A stretch of DNA of 16,938 bases from a virus (Duplodnaviria > Heunggongvirae > Uroviricota > Caudoviricetes), in IMG/VR virus record IMGVR_UViG_3300028895_001083. One strand, given 5' to 3'. Both the position numbers and the translations under genes were made by a program. Under the pieces are notes generated by a model. The model saw nothing but the letters and a program-made list of their open reading frames with translations, searched no databases and was not told the DNA's origin. The stretch's first letter is position 1. The number at the start of each line of letters is the position of its first letter. Of this stretch, positions 6,089 to 13,595 are shown piece after piece.

Positions 6089-7282
6089 ATGCCACTAGAA
6101 AAAGACTCGTTTTGGGACCGCGGGAACGCCGTAATGGATTCCCAACTGGATCCCTCGCAGTACCATAATCCGGCAGAAGAGATACTGCCGATAAGCAAAC
6201 AATCGATGGCGAGTGTGCTGCCGCCCGGCGTTTGGGGGGCACAGGGCACTGTCATCAGGCGTTCTACGATGGATGGAGCACCGATCGGATGGGATCCTTT
6301 CGAAGTCGCCACCCGGGTGAATGTCGATCCAGACATCCCCGGGCAAGGCTTCGTGATCGACCCCAGGCAGATCCAGAAGGATGCAGCCCTCAAGGCCGTC
6401 AAAGATGCCGGTGTGCGGCACGCTTCGACGGTAGAGGACCTGCGCTTCGCCGGTGCGAGAGCCTATCAGCAGTTCGCCATCAGCAACGTTCCAGATACCC
6501 CGGCCATGACCGCACGTGAGCGTCCTCGAGAGGCACCGATTGCTTTGCCTGGCGTCTATGTCGTGCCCAAGGCCACCGAAGGAGGAGGACAAGAAGTGCC
6601 CACAGCCAACGAGCATGTGAACGACATCGTCAGCGGTTATGACCTCGCCCAGGGCGTGGCCACAGGCCGCAACGATCAACCATCTGCGAAGCAGCCCCAG
6701 GAGCCCGCAACCGTCCCGCAGGCCCCTGCGCCGCCTCCGCAGTCTCCGCCGCCCGTGCCGCAAGGTCCCCCGCAGCCACAGCCGCAGCAGGCTGTGTACG
6801 CTGCGCCACCGCAACCGGCCCCGGCCGCTCCGGCAGCCCCTGTGGCTCCGGTAGGCGCACCCATGCCTGCCCCGTCGTTGTTCGGCCCGTGCGGCCCTAC
6901 CGGCGAGACACCGGCTGCCGCTGGACCCTCTGCGCCCAGCTACAAGGTCACGTTCGAGGTCCGCGGCGCGCCCGCGGCTATCGAAGCGTGGTACCACGAG
7001 ATCGTCAAGGACAACCAGGTGCTCGTGATGTGCTATGACACGCGCACCCACGGTTATCCCCGGATCAACCTCATGCCCACCGAGGAAGATATCGCCATCC
7101 ATCTCGACGGCAGCGACATGGTCTACGACGTGACGGACCCCGCAATCAAGTTCGTTCACGGGCACGATGAGCTGCAAATCTTTCTCATCAAACGCGAGCG
7201 CCCGTTGCCTGGCGCTGTCGTTGACAGCACGCCTCAGGCTGCGGTTGCCGGCGGGCAACACAATATCGTGGGATTGCAATAG
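6089..7282 (+). CDS. Hypothetical two-domain protein with Pro/Ala/Gln-rich linker (397 aa)
   Basis: GGAGG 6074-6078. Folded-looking N- and C-terminal parts separated by PQAPAPPPQSPPPVPQGPPQPQPQQ...PAAPAAPVAP. Confidence 0.8.
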   Translation: MPLEKDSFWDRGNAVMDSQLDPSQYHNPAEEILPISKQSMASVLPPGVWGAQGTVIRRSTMDGAPIGWDPFEVATRVNVDPDIPGQGFVIDPRQIQKDAALKAVKDAGVRHASTVEDLRFAGARAYQQFAISNVPDTPAMTARERPREAPIALPGVYVVPKATEGGGQEVPTANEHVNDIVSGYDLAQGVATGRNDQPSAKQPQEPATVPQAPAPPPQSPPPVPQGPPQPQPQQAVYAAPPQPAPAAPAAPVAPVGAPMPAPSLFGPCGPTGETPAAAGPSAPSYKVTFEVRGAPAAIEAWYHEIVKDNQVLVMCYDTRTHGYPRINLMPTEEDIAIHLDGSDMVYDVTDPAIKFVHGHDELQIFLIKRERPLPGAVVDSTPQAAVAGGQHNIVGLQ

Positions 7283-7284
7283 GC

Positions 7285-7319
7285 GTAGCAGTACTGGCAG
7301 CCAAGGGGTAAGATGGTGG
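7285..7319 (+). promoter_or_regulatory. Bipartite promoter-like motif, copy 1 (GTAGCAGTA-N15-TAAGATGGTGG)
   Basis: Matches copy 2 at 13507-13541 at 7/9 and 11/11 positions with identical spacing; intergenic, ahead of the portal operon. Confidence 0.55.
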
Positions 7320-7376
7320 ATATCTACGTCAATAAGCAACAGATGGCACAGATCATTGCCCTATGGGGAGATTCCG

Positions 7377-7553
7377 ATGAGCATGGAAAAACAGGGAGTG
7401 GTTCGCCGGGGCACGACCCCGGAGATCGAGGAGAAGCAAGAGAAGACCGCGGCCGATGCTGCAGCCGAGACTCTCAAACAGGCAGCCCGCCGGCTTGAGC
7501 AGGACGACCCCAACGGGCGTCTCGCTGACGGTGTGGCCAAGCGCTCCAAATAA
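7377..7553 (+). CDS. Small hypothetical protein (58 aa) upstream of the portal
   Basis: GGGGAG 7365-7370 before ATG 7377 (internal to track ORF 7167-7553): MSMEKQGVVRRGTTPEIEEKQEKTAADAAAETLKQAARRLEQDDPNGRLADGVAKRSK. Confidence 0.7.
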   Translation: MSMEKQGVVRRGTTPEIEEKQEKTAADAAAETLKQAARRLEQDDPNGRLADGVAKRSK

Positions 7554-7567
7554 TCCAAGGACGGATC

Positions 7568-9565
7568 ATGAGCTTCCTCATCCCATCGTTTGCTGGCGGG
7601 ACCAATCGGGGTTCGCAGAACATCGAGCCCTTCCCCGACCCCTTCTGCGACTACGCGTCGACGCGTATGCCCGAGTCCCTGGAGAATGCTCTCCGGTGGT
7701 GCGAGTACATCATGCTGGCCAACGGCATCTACCGATCGGCGGTGGACCGAGTGGTCTCGTACTTCATTACCGAGGTGGAGATCGATGGGACCGATCGGGA
7801 CGGCAAGGAGAAGTACCTTGACTTCCTGAACAACACGCTGGGCATCAACTCGATCCTTCGGCAGACGGCGCTCGACTACGTCACCTACGGGAACTTCTTC
7901 AACTCGCTGGTTGTGCCATTCAGACGGCACCTGCGCTGCCCAGGCTGCGGCTTCGAGGCGCCTCTCGACCGGATCCACGGCAACGACAAGTTCAACTTCT
8001 CGTGGAGCGGCTTCGAGTTCAACGCCAACTGCCCCTTCTGCAGCTACCACGGCAAGTGGGCGCACAAGGACAGGCGATCGACCGAGGAAGACGACATCAT
8101 CATCAAGCGCTGGAGCCCGCACGAGATGGAACTCGTCTGGGACCCGTACACCGACCAAGTCGGGCACGTGTGGCGCATCCCGAATCACTACAAGAAGTAC
8201 ATCAACCAAGGAACCTTGTTCCATCTGGAGCGTGCGCCGTGGGAGGTCCTGCAGGCGATCAAGAACAACACGCATATCCAGTTCAACAAGGACATCATCT
8301 ACCACGGCAAGGAAGATACCCTGGCTGGCGTGCTGAACAAGGGCTGGGGCGTCAGCCGTATCCTGACGAACTTCCGTCAGGCGTGGTACGTCCAAGTGCT
8401 TCACCGCTACAACGAGGCGATCGGCCTCGACTACATCATCCCATTCAGGGTGATTACGCCCGAGCCGCGTCCGGGCGGGGCCGGCGGTGGTGGTGAGTCA
8501 ACGGACCCGCTGTTCACCGCTGACCTCGGCGGCTTCGTAGGCCAAGTCAACTCGATGCTGCGCCAACGGCGGCGTGACCCGACCATGTGGTTCACCATGC
8601 CGTTCCCGCTGAAATACCAGACTCTCGGGGGGGAAGCTAGCCAGTTGGCCCCGTATCAGCTCATGGACCAGGCCGTGGATGGCCTCCTGACGTCCGTAGG
8701 CGTCCCTGTGGAGCTCTACAAGGGTACGATGAGTCTCCAGGCTGCCCCGGCCGCGCTGCGGCTCCTGGAGAGCACCTGGAGCCACCTGACGACGATGCTG
8801 AACAACTACCTCCAGTGGCTGGTCAACAAAATCAGCGTGGCGCTGTCCTGGGACGAGGTTACGGCCACCCTGGCCAAGCCGTCGCACGCGGACGATCTGA
8901 ACCGTCAGCTGGCCAAGCTCCAGCTCATGATGGGACAGTCGATCAGCCAGACGACTGGCCTCAAGAGCGTCGGCCTCAAGTTCGAGGACGAGCAGCGCCG
9001 CATGCTCGACGAGCAGAAGTTCATCGCCGAGGAATCGCAGAAGACACAAGAGGAGCTGGAAGCCTCGGGCATGGGCGATGCAATGGCGCAAGGCATGATG
9101 GGCCCCGGAGGCCAACCGACCGATCCTGCTGCGGCAGGCATGGGTGGCCCTGGTGGTTCCGCACCTCCGCAAGGCGGTGCACCTCCGGCCGGCGGCGCAC
9201 CGGGTGGCGCTATGCCTCCTCCAGGCGCAGAAGCCGGAATGGCGCCGATGGACCCGATTCAGGCCATCATGGCACAAATACCTCTGGGCAATGAGCAAAG
9301 CCTCACGCCGCCAGAGCTGGAGCAGATCGCCAACACGGTTGCCGAGCAGATCTACGGACTGCCCGGCGGGCAACGTGTATCCGCGCTGCGACAACTCAAG
9401 CAGGCGTCGCCCACCATTCACAGCCTGGTCAAGAGCCTTCTCGAACAGAAAGACTCGCAGGCTGAGTCCCAAGGCCGCATGATGGGCCAAGAGCAAGCTA
9501 TGCAGATGCAACAGCAGAGCATGGCTCCACCCCCGCCGATGGGGCCGGGTGGTGGGATGATGTAG
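7568..9565 (+). CDS. Phage portal-like protein with zinc-ribbon-like insertion and Gly/Pro/Met/Gln-rich C-terminal tail (665 aa)
   Basis: Portal-like segments DYVTYGNFF, IKRWSPHEM, GWGVSRILTNF, NEAIGLDYIIP and VDGLLTSVGVPVELYKG (compare the I..AFGVP..L.G motif of HK97-family portals) in the expected order. Recognised by eye. Confidence 0.72.
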   Translation: MSFLIPSFAGGTNRGSQNIEPFPDPFCDYASTRMPESLENALRWCEYIMLANGIYRSAVDRVVSYFITEVEIDGTDRDGKEKYLDFLNNTLGINSILRQTALDYVTYGNFFNSLVVPFRRHLRCPGCGFEAPLDRIHGNDKFNFSWSGFEFNANCPFCSYHGKWAHKDRRSTEEDDIIIKRWSPHEMELVWDPYTDQVGHVWRIPNHYKKYINQGTLFHLERAPWEVLQAIKNNTHIQFNKDIIYHGKEDTLAGVLNKGWGVSRILTNFRQAWYVQVLHRYNEAIGLDYIIPFRVITPEPRPGGAGGGGESTDPLFTADLGGFVGQVNSMLRQRRRDPTMWFTMPFPLKYQTLGGEASQLAPYQLMDQAVDGLLTSVGVPVELYKGTMSLQAAPAALRLLESTWSHLTTMLNNYLQWLVNKISVALSWDEVTATLAKPSHADDLNRQLAKLQLMMGQSISQTTGLKSVGLKFEDEQRRMLDEQKFIAEESQKTQEELEASGMGDAMAQGMMGPGGQPTDPAAAGMGGPGGSAPPQGGAPPAGGAPGGAMPPPGAEAGMAPMDPIQAIMAQIPLGNEQSLTPPELEQIANTVAEQIYGLPGGQRVSALRQLKQASPTIHSLVKSLLEQKDSQAESQGRMMGQEQAMQMQQQSMAPPPPMGPGGGMM

Positions 9566-10010
9566 CTTCGAGGTAATCGGCAGCGGCTCGGCACAGTGCC
9601 GGGTCGTCTTGAAAATATCCCAGACCAGGATTGCAGCGTGTGCACAGCAGGCCACGCACTTTACCTGTTACATGGTCATGGTCGACATGGAGCGTCCTAT
9701 CGCTGGCTTTACGGCAGATGGCGCAGCGACCATCTTGCTCCCGCAGCAACTTATCGAACGCTTCCTGATCAAGACCGTACTTTTTGAGTCCCTGTTTACG
9801 GTTGTGCTTTTGATAGCGTGCCTTGTTGGCATCGCGCCAGCGTTTGCTTGAGTCTCTATTTCGCTGCGGATTCTTACGGCGATACTCTCGTTGGTAATCC
9901 GCCCTGCATTGTTTACAGTGGGAGTCTCGGCCATGGCGTTTTTGGGAGGCGCGTGAGAACGCCTCGACTGGCTTGGTCTCACCGCATTTGGTACACTGTT
10001 TCTCAGCCAT
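9498..10010 (-). CDS. Endonuclease VII-family (HNH-like) nuclease with N-terminal Cys4 finger; probable free-standing homing endonuclease
   Basis: CAICRK...LHVDHDHVTGKVRGLLCTRCNPGLG is the T4 EndoVII signature; N-terminal CTKC...CKQC; SD GAGGGG at 10020-10015. The only well-supported minus-strand gene. Confidence 0.9.
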   Translation of the reverse strand: MAEKQCTKCGETKPVEAFSRASQKRHGRDSHCKQCRADYQREYRRKNPQRNRDSSKRWRDANKARYQKHNRKQGLKKYGLDQEAFDKLLREQDGRCAICRKASDRTLHVDHDHVTGKVRGLLCTRCNPGLGYFQDDPALCRAAADYLEATSSHHPAPSAGVEPCSAVASA

Positions 10011-10037
10011 GATACCCCTCTATGGGTAGACTGGTTA

Positions 10038-10071
10038 GAACTGAGGGCAAGCCCATCTTGACCCTCGGTTC
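10038..10071. other. Stem-loop in the divergent intergenic region
   Basis: GAACTGAGGGCAAG-CCCAT-CTTG(A)CCCTCGGTTC: 13 Watson-Crick pairs, one T-G pair, one bulged A. Confidence 0.65.
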
Positions 10072-10074
10072 GCC

Positions 10075-10104
10075 ATTTTACGATAATTCCTGCTGGTTTG
10101 GCAA
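10075..10104 (-). promoter_or_regulatory. Candidate sigma70-type promoter for the endonuclease gene
   Basis: Minus strand TTGCCA (10104-10099), 18-nt spacer, TAAAAT (10080-10075), then GGCG. Confidence 0.55.
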
Positions 10105-10121
10105 CAGCGAGGAGCAGCAAT

Positions 10122-11165
10122 ATGGCTGAGCGGCTAGGGCTTTACGGCCGTTACTACCAGCACGAAACGACCCAGGCAACCATCATGCTGGCTGAGACAG
10201 CCACGAACCAAGGCATCCCTGTGTCGATGCTGGCACGCGACGTGTGTCGCCGCGAGGTCTCGGGGAGCTGGGACAACCGAGTTCTGTCGAACAAAACGCA
10301 TCCTTACCGTCACTGGGTACGCACGCTAAATAACGTAATTTGGACCAGCGTACCATCTCTCGGCGAGGTCCAGCTGGCCAAGCAGCTCGGCGTCCAGACC
10401 AGCATTCTGATCAATTGGGAGACGCTCGTCCCAGAGGACGAGGCAGTCATCAACCACATCGACAAGGTCATTCTGCCCTACCGCTGCGTGGGCAAGGCCA
10501 TCCACAAATACTGGACACTGCCCTCGAAGCCCGTCATGATGCCCTGGGATGTGCCCGTGGCGCTCACCAAGCAGCCCGAGCACTTTCGTCGGCATGTCAC
10601 AGCGTACTTCCCGCTGTATGACTCGCAGCCCGAGCGCTCCGACTGCGCTGTGTTCGATATGATGGAGAAGGCGCTCAAGGAGGTGCCTGACAGCTGCGTC
10701 CTGATCGCCTGTGGCCGCAAGTGGTCCTTGGCGTCCAGGAAGGCCGTGAAGCGCCTACGGAGCCTCTACGGGCCTCGTACGGTGGCTGTCATCCGACCCA
10801 ATATGCTACAGCGTCTCCTGCTGTTTGCCAGGGCGGACGTGACCGTCTGGGCGCCGCGGTTCGAAAGCTTCGGCATCGTGGGGCTGAACAGCATCTGCAT
10901 GGGCACTCCGGTGCTCTCCTGGGACGTCCGACCGCAGAACGAATTCCTCAAGCCCTGGAAAAACGCCATGCTGGTTCCGTGCAAGACGGACAAGAACTGG
11001 ATCGGCGTCCCGGAGGTTGTCGGGGGGTATGGGGACTTCGGTGAATGCTTGATAGCGCTCTTGCGGGACAAAGCACTACTTGCAAGAATGAAGTCTACCG
11101 TTTTGACCGGCATGGAGAGCCGCAAGCAGCAGTTCCTGGCCGGATGGGAAGAACTACTGAAATGA
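10122..11165 (+). CDS. GT-B fold glycosyltransferase, GT4/Glycos_transf_1-like (347 aa)
   Basis: ARADVTVWAPRFESFGIVGLNSICMGTPVLSWD matches the GT4 pattern ..ADv.v.PS..EgFGl..lEAma.G.PVi..d. GAGGAG at 10109-10114 favours ATG 10122 over the track start 10098. Confidence 0.8.
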   Translation: MAERLGLYGRYYQHETTQATIMLAETATNQGIPVSMLARDVCRREVSGSWDNRVLSNKTHPYRHWVRTLNNVIWTSVPSLGEVQLAKQLGVQTSILINWETLVPEDEAVINHIDKVILPYRCVGKAIHKYWTLPSKPVMMPWDVPVALTKQPEHFRRHVTAYFPLYDSQPERSDCAVFDMMEKALKEVPDSCVLIACGRKWSLASRKAVKRLRSLYGPRTVAVIRPNMLQRLLLFARADVTVWAPRFESFGIVGLNSICMGTPVLSWDVRPQNEFLKPWKNAMLVPCKTDKNWIGVPEVVGGYGDFGECLIALLRDKALLARMKSTVLTGMESRKQQFLAGWEELLK

Positions 11166-11177
11166 CGAGGATAAACG

Positions 11178-11690
11178 ATGTCAGTACCGAATCAAATCAG
11201 CCACCGTGCTAACTACAAGGCCCAGAAGGAAGCCGGCCAAGTCGCCGTCAACCCGAAGCCCGGTCAGCCGCCCGCTGCGGCACCGCCCCAGTTCCCGAAG
11301 CGCAAGAAGGGCGAGAAGACCACCTTGCGTGAGAAGCTGGGCATGGCGCCCGTGGCGCCAACGACCGTGCCGGACGAGGCTGAGTCCGAAGCACCTGCCG
11401 CTCCCAAGCTCGCTGCGCCCAAGACGCCAGTCGAGGAGATCATCGAAGAGGAGAACGAGAAGTTCTTCGCTACGGCCCGGGAGCTGGCCGAAGATCCCGA
11501 ACCTGAGGCGGACGAGTACGATCCGGAAGATCCGGAGAATGCCGAGGGCGACGACAATACGATCGAAGTCGATCCGCCCCAGGACGATGGAGAGGAAGAG
11601 GCCGTAGCGCAAGAGCAAGGGATCGGCAAGCTGCCGTCGTTTGATCTCGGCAGTCCGGCCTCTGAACCCGAAGAGAAGCCCCTGATCTAA
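11178..11690 (+). CDS. Low-complexity, probably disordered protein (basic Pro-rich N-half, acidic C-half; 170 aa)
   Basis: GAGG upstream of ATG 11178; composition read from the translation. Confidence 0.75.
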   Translation: MSVPNQISHRANYKAQKEAGQVAVNPKPGQPPAAAPPQFPKRKKGEKTTLREKLGMAPVAPTTVPDEAESEAPAAPKLAAPKTPVEEIIEEENEKFFATARELAEDPEPEADEYDPEDPENAEGDDNTIEVDPPQDDGEEEAVAQEQGIGKLPSFDLGSPASEPEEKPLI

Positions 11691-11698
11691 GGAAGCCG

Positions 11699-12277
11699 AT
11701 GGGAAGACGACGTCAAACGACCCGGCGTCACAAGCGGAAGACAGGGCGTTCCAAGGAAGCGAAGGAAAAGGGCCGTCGCGGTGGCCGTACCATCATCAAA
11801 GAAGGTGAGAAGGTGCGCCGCAACGAGCCCTGCTTCTGTGGGAGCGGTCTGAAGTTCAAGGCCTGCCACGGCAAGCCGAAGACGCCGCGCAATGTGATGC
11901 GTTACAACACGCTCGAGGACATGTACACCGATGAGCAGCGCGCTGCCATGCGGGAGTTCTCGAAGTACTGGGGATTCCACCCAGATCCCATGCTGCTCAA
12001 GATGTTCATGGAGGAGGACTACGACGCCATCGTCGCAGAGGTCACACGGGCCATGCGAGAGACAGGCGCCGATCCTGCCCACATCTACGCAGTTCAACAG
12101 GTCACAGGCCTGGTCACCCCACGCAACCACGGGCTCCTCTCTGAGGCCGAGCTCGAGCTGTGGGAACGAATGGTCCAGGAATACCGGGACCAGCACCCAG
12201 AAGAAGGAGAGAACGATGGCGGACAAAGTCCCCCACCTGATGGCGTATCTGATGGAGGAGTACCAGCGACAGGGTGA
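11699..12277 (+). CDS. SEC-C metal-binding motif protein with Arg/Lys-rich N-terminus (192 aa)
   Basis: KVRRNEPCFCGSGLKFKACHG (11810-11872) matches the SecA C-terminal SEC-C consensus K.GRN.PCPCGSGKK.K.CHG. Confidence 0.85.
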   Translation: MGRRRQTTRRHKRKTGRSKEAKEKGRRGGRTIIKEGEKVRRNEPCFCGSGLKFKACHGKPKTPRNVMRYNTLEDMYTDEQRAAMREFSKYWGFHPDPMLLKMFMEEDYDAIVAEVTRAMRETGADPAHIYAVQQVTGLVTPRNHGLLSEAELELWERMVQEYRDQHPEEGENDGGQSPPPDGVSDGGVPATG

Positions 12278-12647
12278 GACCCCGGCTGGACAAGATCCCG
12301 ATCCCAGTGCTCTCGACGAGCTTGACGAGCACCTCTCGCTCGAAGTCGAGGACGATCGGGATACGGCTACCGTGCGCAAATACCAAGAGGTCGCTCGATT
12401 CGCCATCGAGGACTTCTGCGAGTTCTGCGTGCGTCGGCTGCACGAGAATCCTCCAGTAACTGTGAGCGCCGCCGAAGTCGCTGAAGGGCTTGGGCTGCGC
12501 TTGGCCGACCAGACACTTGTCTGTACCCGGAAGGACGGCACCACACAAGGCGAGGGCACAATGGAGCCTGCGGGCGACGTGCCAATCACCAAGAGCGGCG
12601 GTGGCATGGAGGGTACGCGAAGCGTGCCGGTCACCGGCAAGAGGTAG
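12216..12647 (+). CDS. Hypothetical acidic protein (143 aa)
   Basis: AAGGAGA about 6 nt before ATG 12216 (internal to track ORF 11931-12647); overlaps the SEC-C gene by 62 nt. Confidence 0.7.
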   Translation: MADKVPHLMAYLMEEYQRQGETPAGQDPDPSALDELDEHLSLEVEDDRDTATVRKYQEVARFAIEDFCEFCVRRLHENPPVTVSAAEVAEGLGLRLADQTLVCTRKDGTTQGEGTMEPAGDVPITKSGGGMEGTRSVPVTGKR

Positions 12648-13183
12648 TGTCGACTGCCTGCTTCATAATCTCTATCTTGATTGCGATGGCAGGTATGATC
12701 TGCTGGTCGCACTCCAAGATGCAAGCGATCAATGCTGAGCAGCAGCGCTTAACTGCGGAGTTCAAAAAGAGCACCTCGGCGCTGCGCGCTCGCGTTGATA
12801 CCTTCTTAGTTACGCCCCAAGAAGAAGCCGAGGCGCAGATCGAAACTGCGCTTGAGCTCATCGACGAGGGCCTCACCACCGACTATGTCATCAATGCCGT
12901 ATTCCGTCCGCATGATGAATACGAGCGTGGTATCTGTCGTGACGTTCTCTGGGCAGCGGCTGAACGCCGAGGTCGACAACGTCGCCGTGACGGCGGCATG
13001 CAGCATGTCTTTGAGCAGATGTGGGGCATCCAGGAGCGGCTACGACTTGCACGCCAACGTGAGCGCGATCAGCGTGAGGCGTTAGAGCAGCAACGTGCTG
13101 AGGAAAGTAGGGCTGACACACGGAGGCCCAGACTATTACGATTTCGCAAGGAGGAAGTAGATGACCCATCACCCCAAACGTGA
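12647..13183 (+). CDS. Hypothetical protein with N-terminal transmembrane/signal-anchor helix and charged coiled-coil (178 aa)
   Basis: TAGTG stop/start overlap; hydrophobic ACFIISILIAMAGMICW; R/E/Q-rich C-terminal helix. Confidence 0.75.
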   Translation: MSTACFIISILIAMAGMICWSHSKMQAINAEQQRLTAEFKKSTSALRARVDTFLVTPQEEAEAQIETALELIDEGLTTDYVINAVFRPHDEYERGICRDVLWAAAERRGRQRRRDGGMQHVFEQMWGIQERLRLARQRERDQREALEQQRAEESRADTRRPRLLRFRKEEVDDPSPQT

Positions 13184-13475
13184 CTGCGGCGAGCGTTTTG
13201 AGATTGCCGTCGGGTTTCCCGAAGGCACACCCGACAACATCGTTGGCTACGAAAACACGCATATCGACGCGTACGACTCTGCGAAGGGCGTGGCACTACG
13301 GCAAGATGCCTGCCGTGGGATTGTTACAGATCGTCAGGGTGACGACCATGCGTCGCTCATCCGGGACGAGGAAGGATGCCTGACCGCCAATGATGGCGGA
13401 CCCTGCAAGAAGTGCGCCGGGGTGTCGTTTTGGCACAACGAATTCACCAAAAGACCCCTCGGAGAACCTACTTAA
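13161..13475 (+). CDS. Hypothetical Cys-containing protein (104 aa)
   Basis: GGAGG upstream of ATG 13161; five Cys including PCKKC. Confidence 0.7.
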   Translation: MTHHPKRDCGERFEIAVGFPEGTPDNIVGYENTHIDAYDSAKGVALRQDACRGIVTDRQGDDHASLIRDEEGCLTANDGGPCKKCAGVSFWHNEFTKRPLGEPT

Positions 13476-13506
13476 AAACTACAGGATTTAGGGCATTCTA
13501 AGTCAA

Positions 13507-13541
13507 GCAGCAATAAGATCGCTGCATCACTAAGATGGTGG
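13507..13541 (+). promoter_or_regulatory. Bipartite promoter-like motif, copy 2 (GCAGCAATA-N15-TAAGATGGTGG)
   Basis: See copy 1 at 7285-7319. Its first box also lies inside an inverted repeat GCAGC-N9-GCTGC (13507-13525). Confidence 0.55.
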
Positions 13542-13595
13542 TGCGCGTTTGCATGAGCGTGCACCATTGCACCCCGAACATGAAGGGAGAAAGTC

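Noticed and set aside
7313-7498. Alternative ORF starting at the ATG inside TAAGATGGTGG (and the equivalent 13535-13810)
   Set aside because: The ATG is part of the shared motif, has no good SD, and overlaps better-supported genes at 7377 and 13596.
6095-9655. Long minus-strand ORFs (6095-7339, 7361-8404, 8498-9655; likewise 4353-5012, 11687-12724, 15661-16647)
   Set aside because: Antisense shadows of GC-rich plus-strand genes; no SD, no motifs, and each lies fully opposite better-supported genes.
9498-10100. Group I intron or intein hosting the endonuclease
   Set aside because: The portal ORF ends with its own stop, the next gene has its own SD and start, and no intron core or intein motifs were recognised; the nuclease is on the opposite strand.
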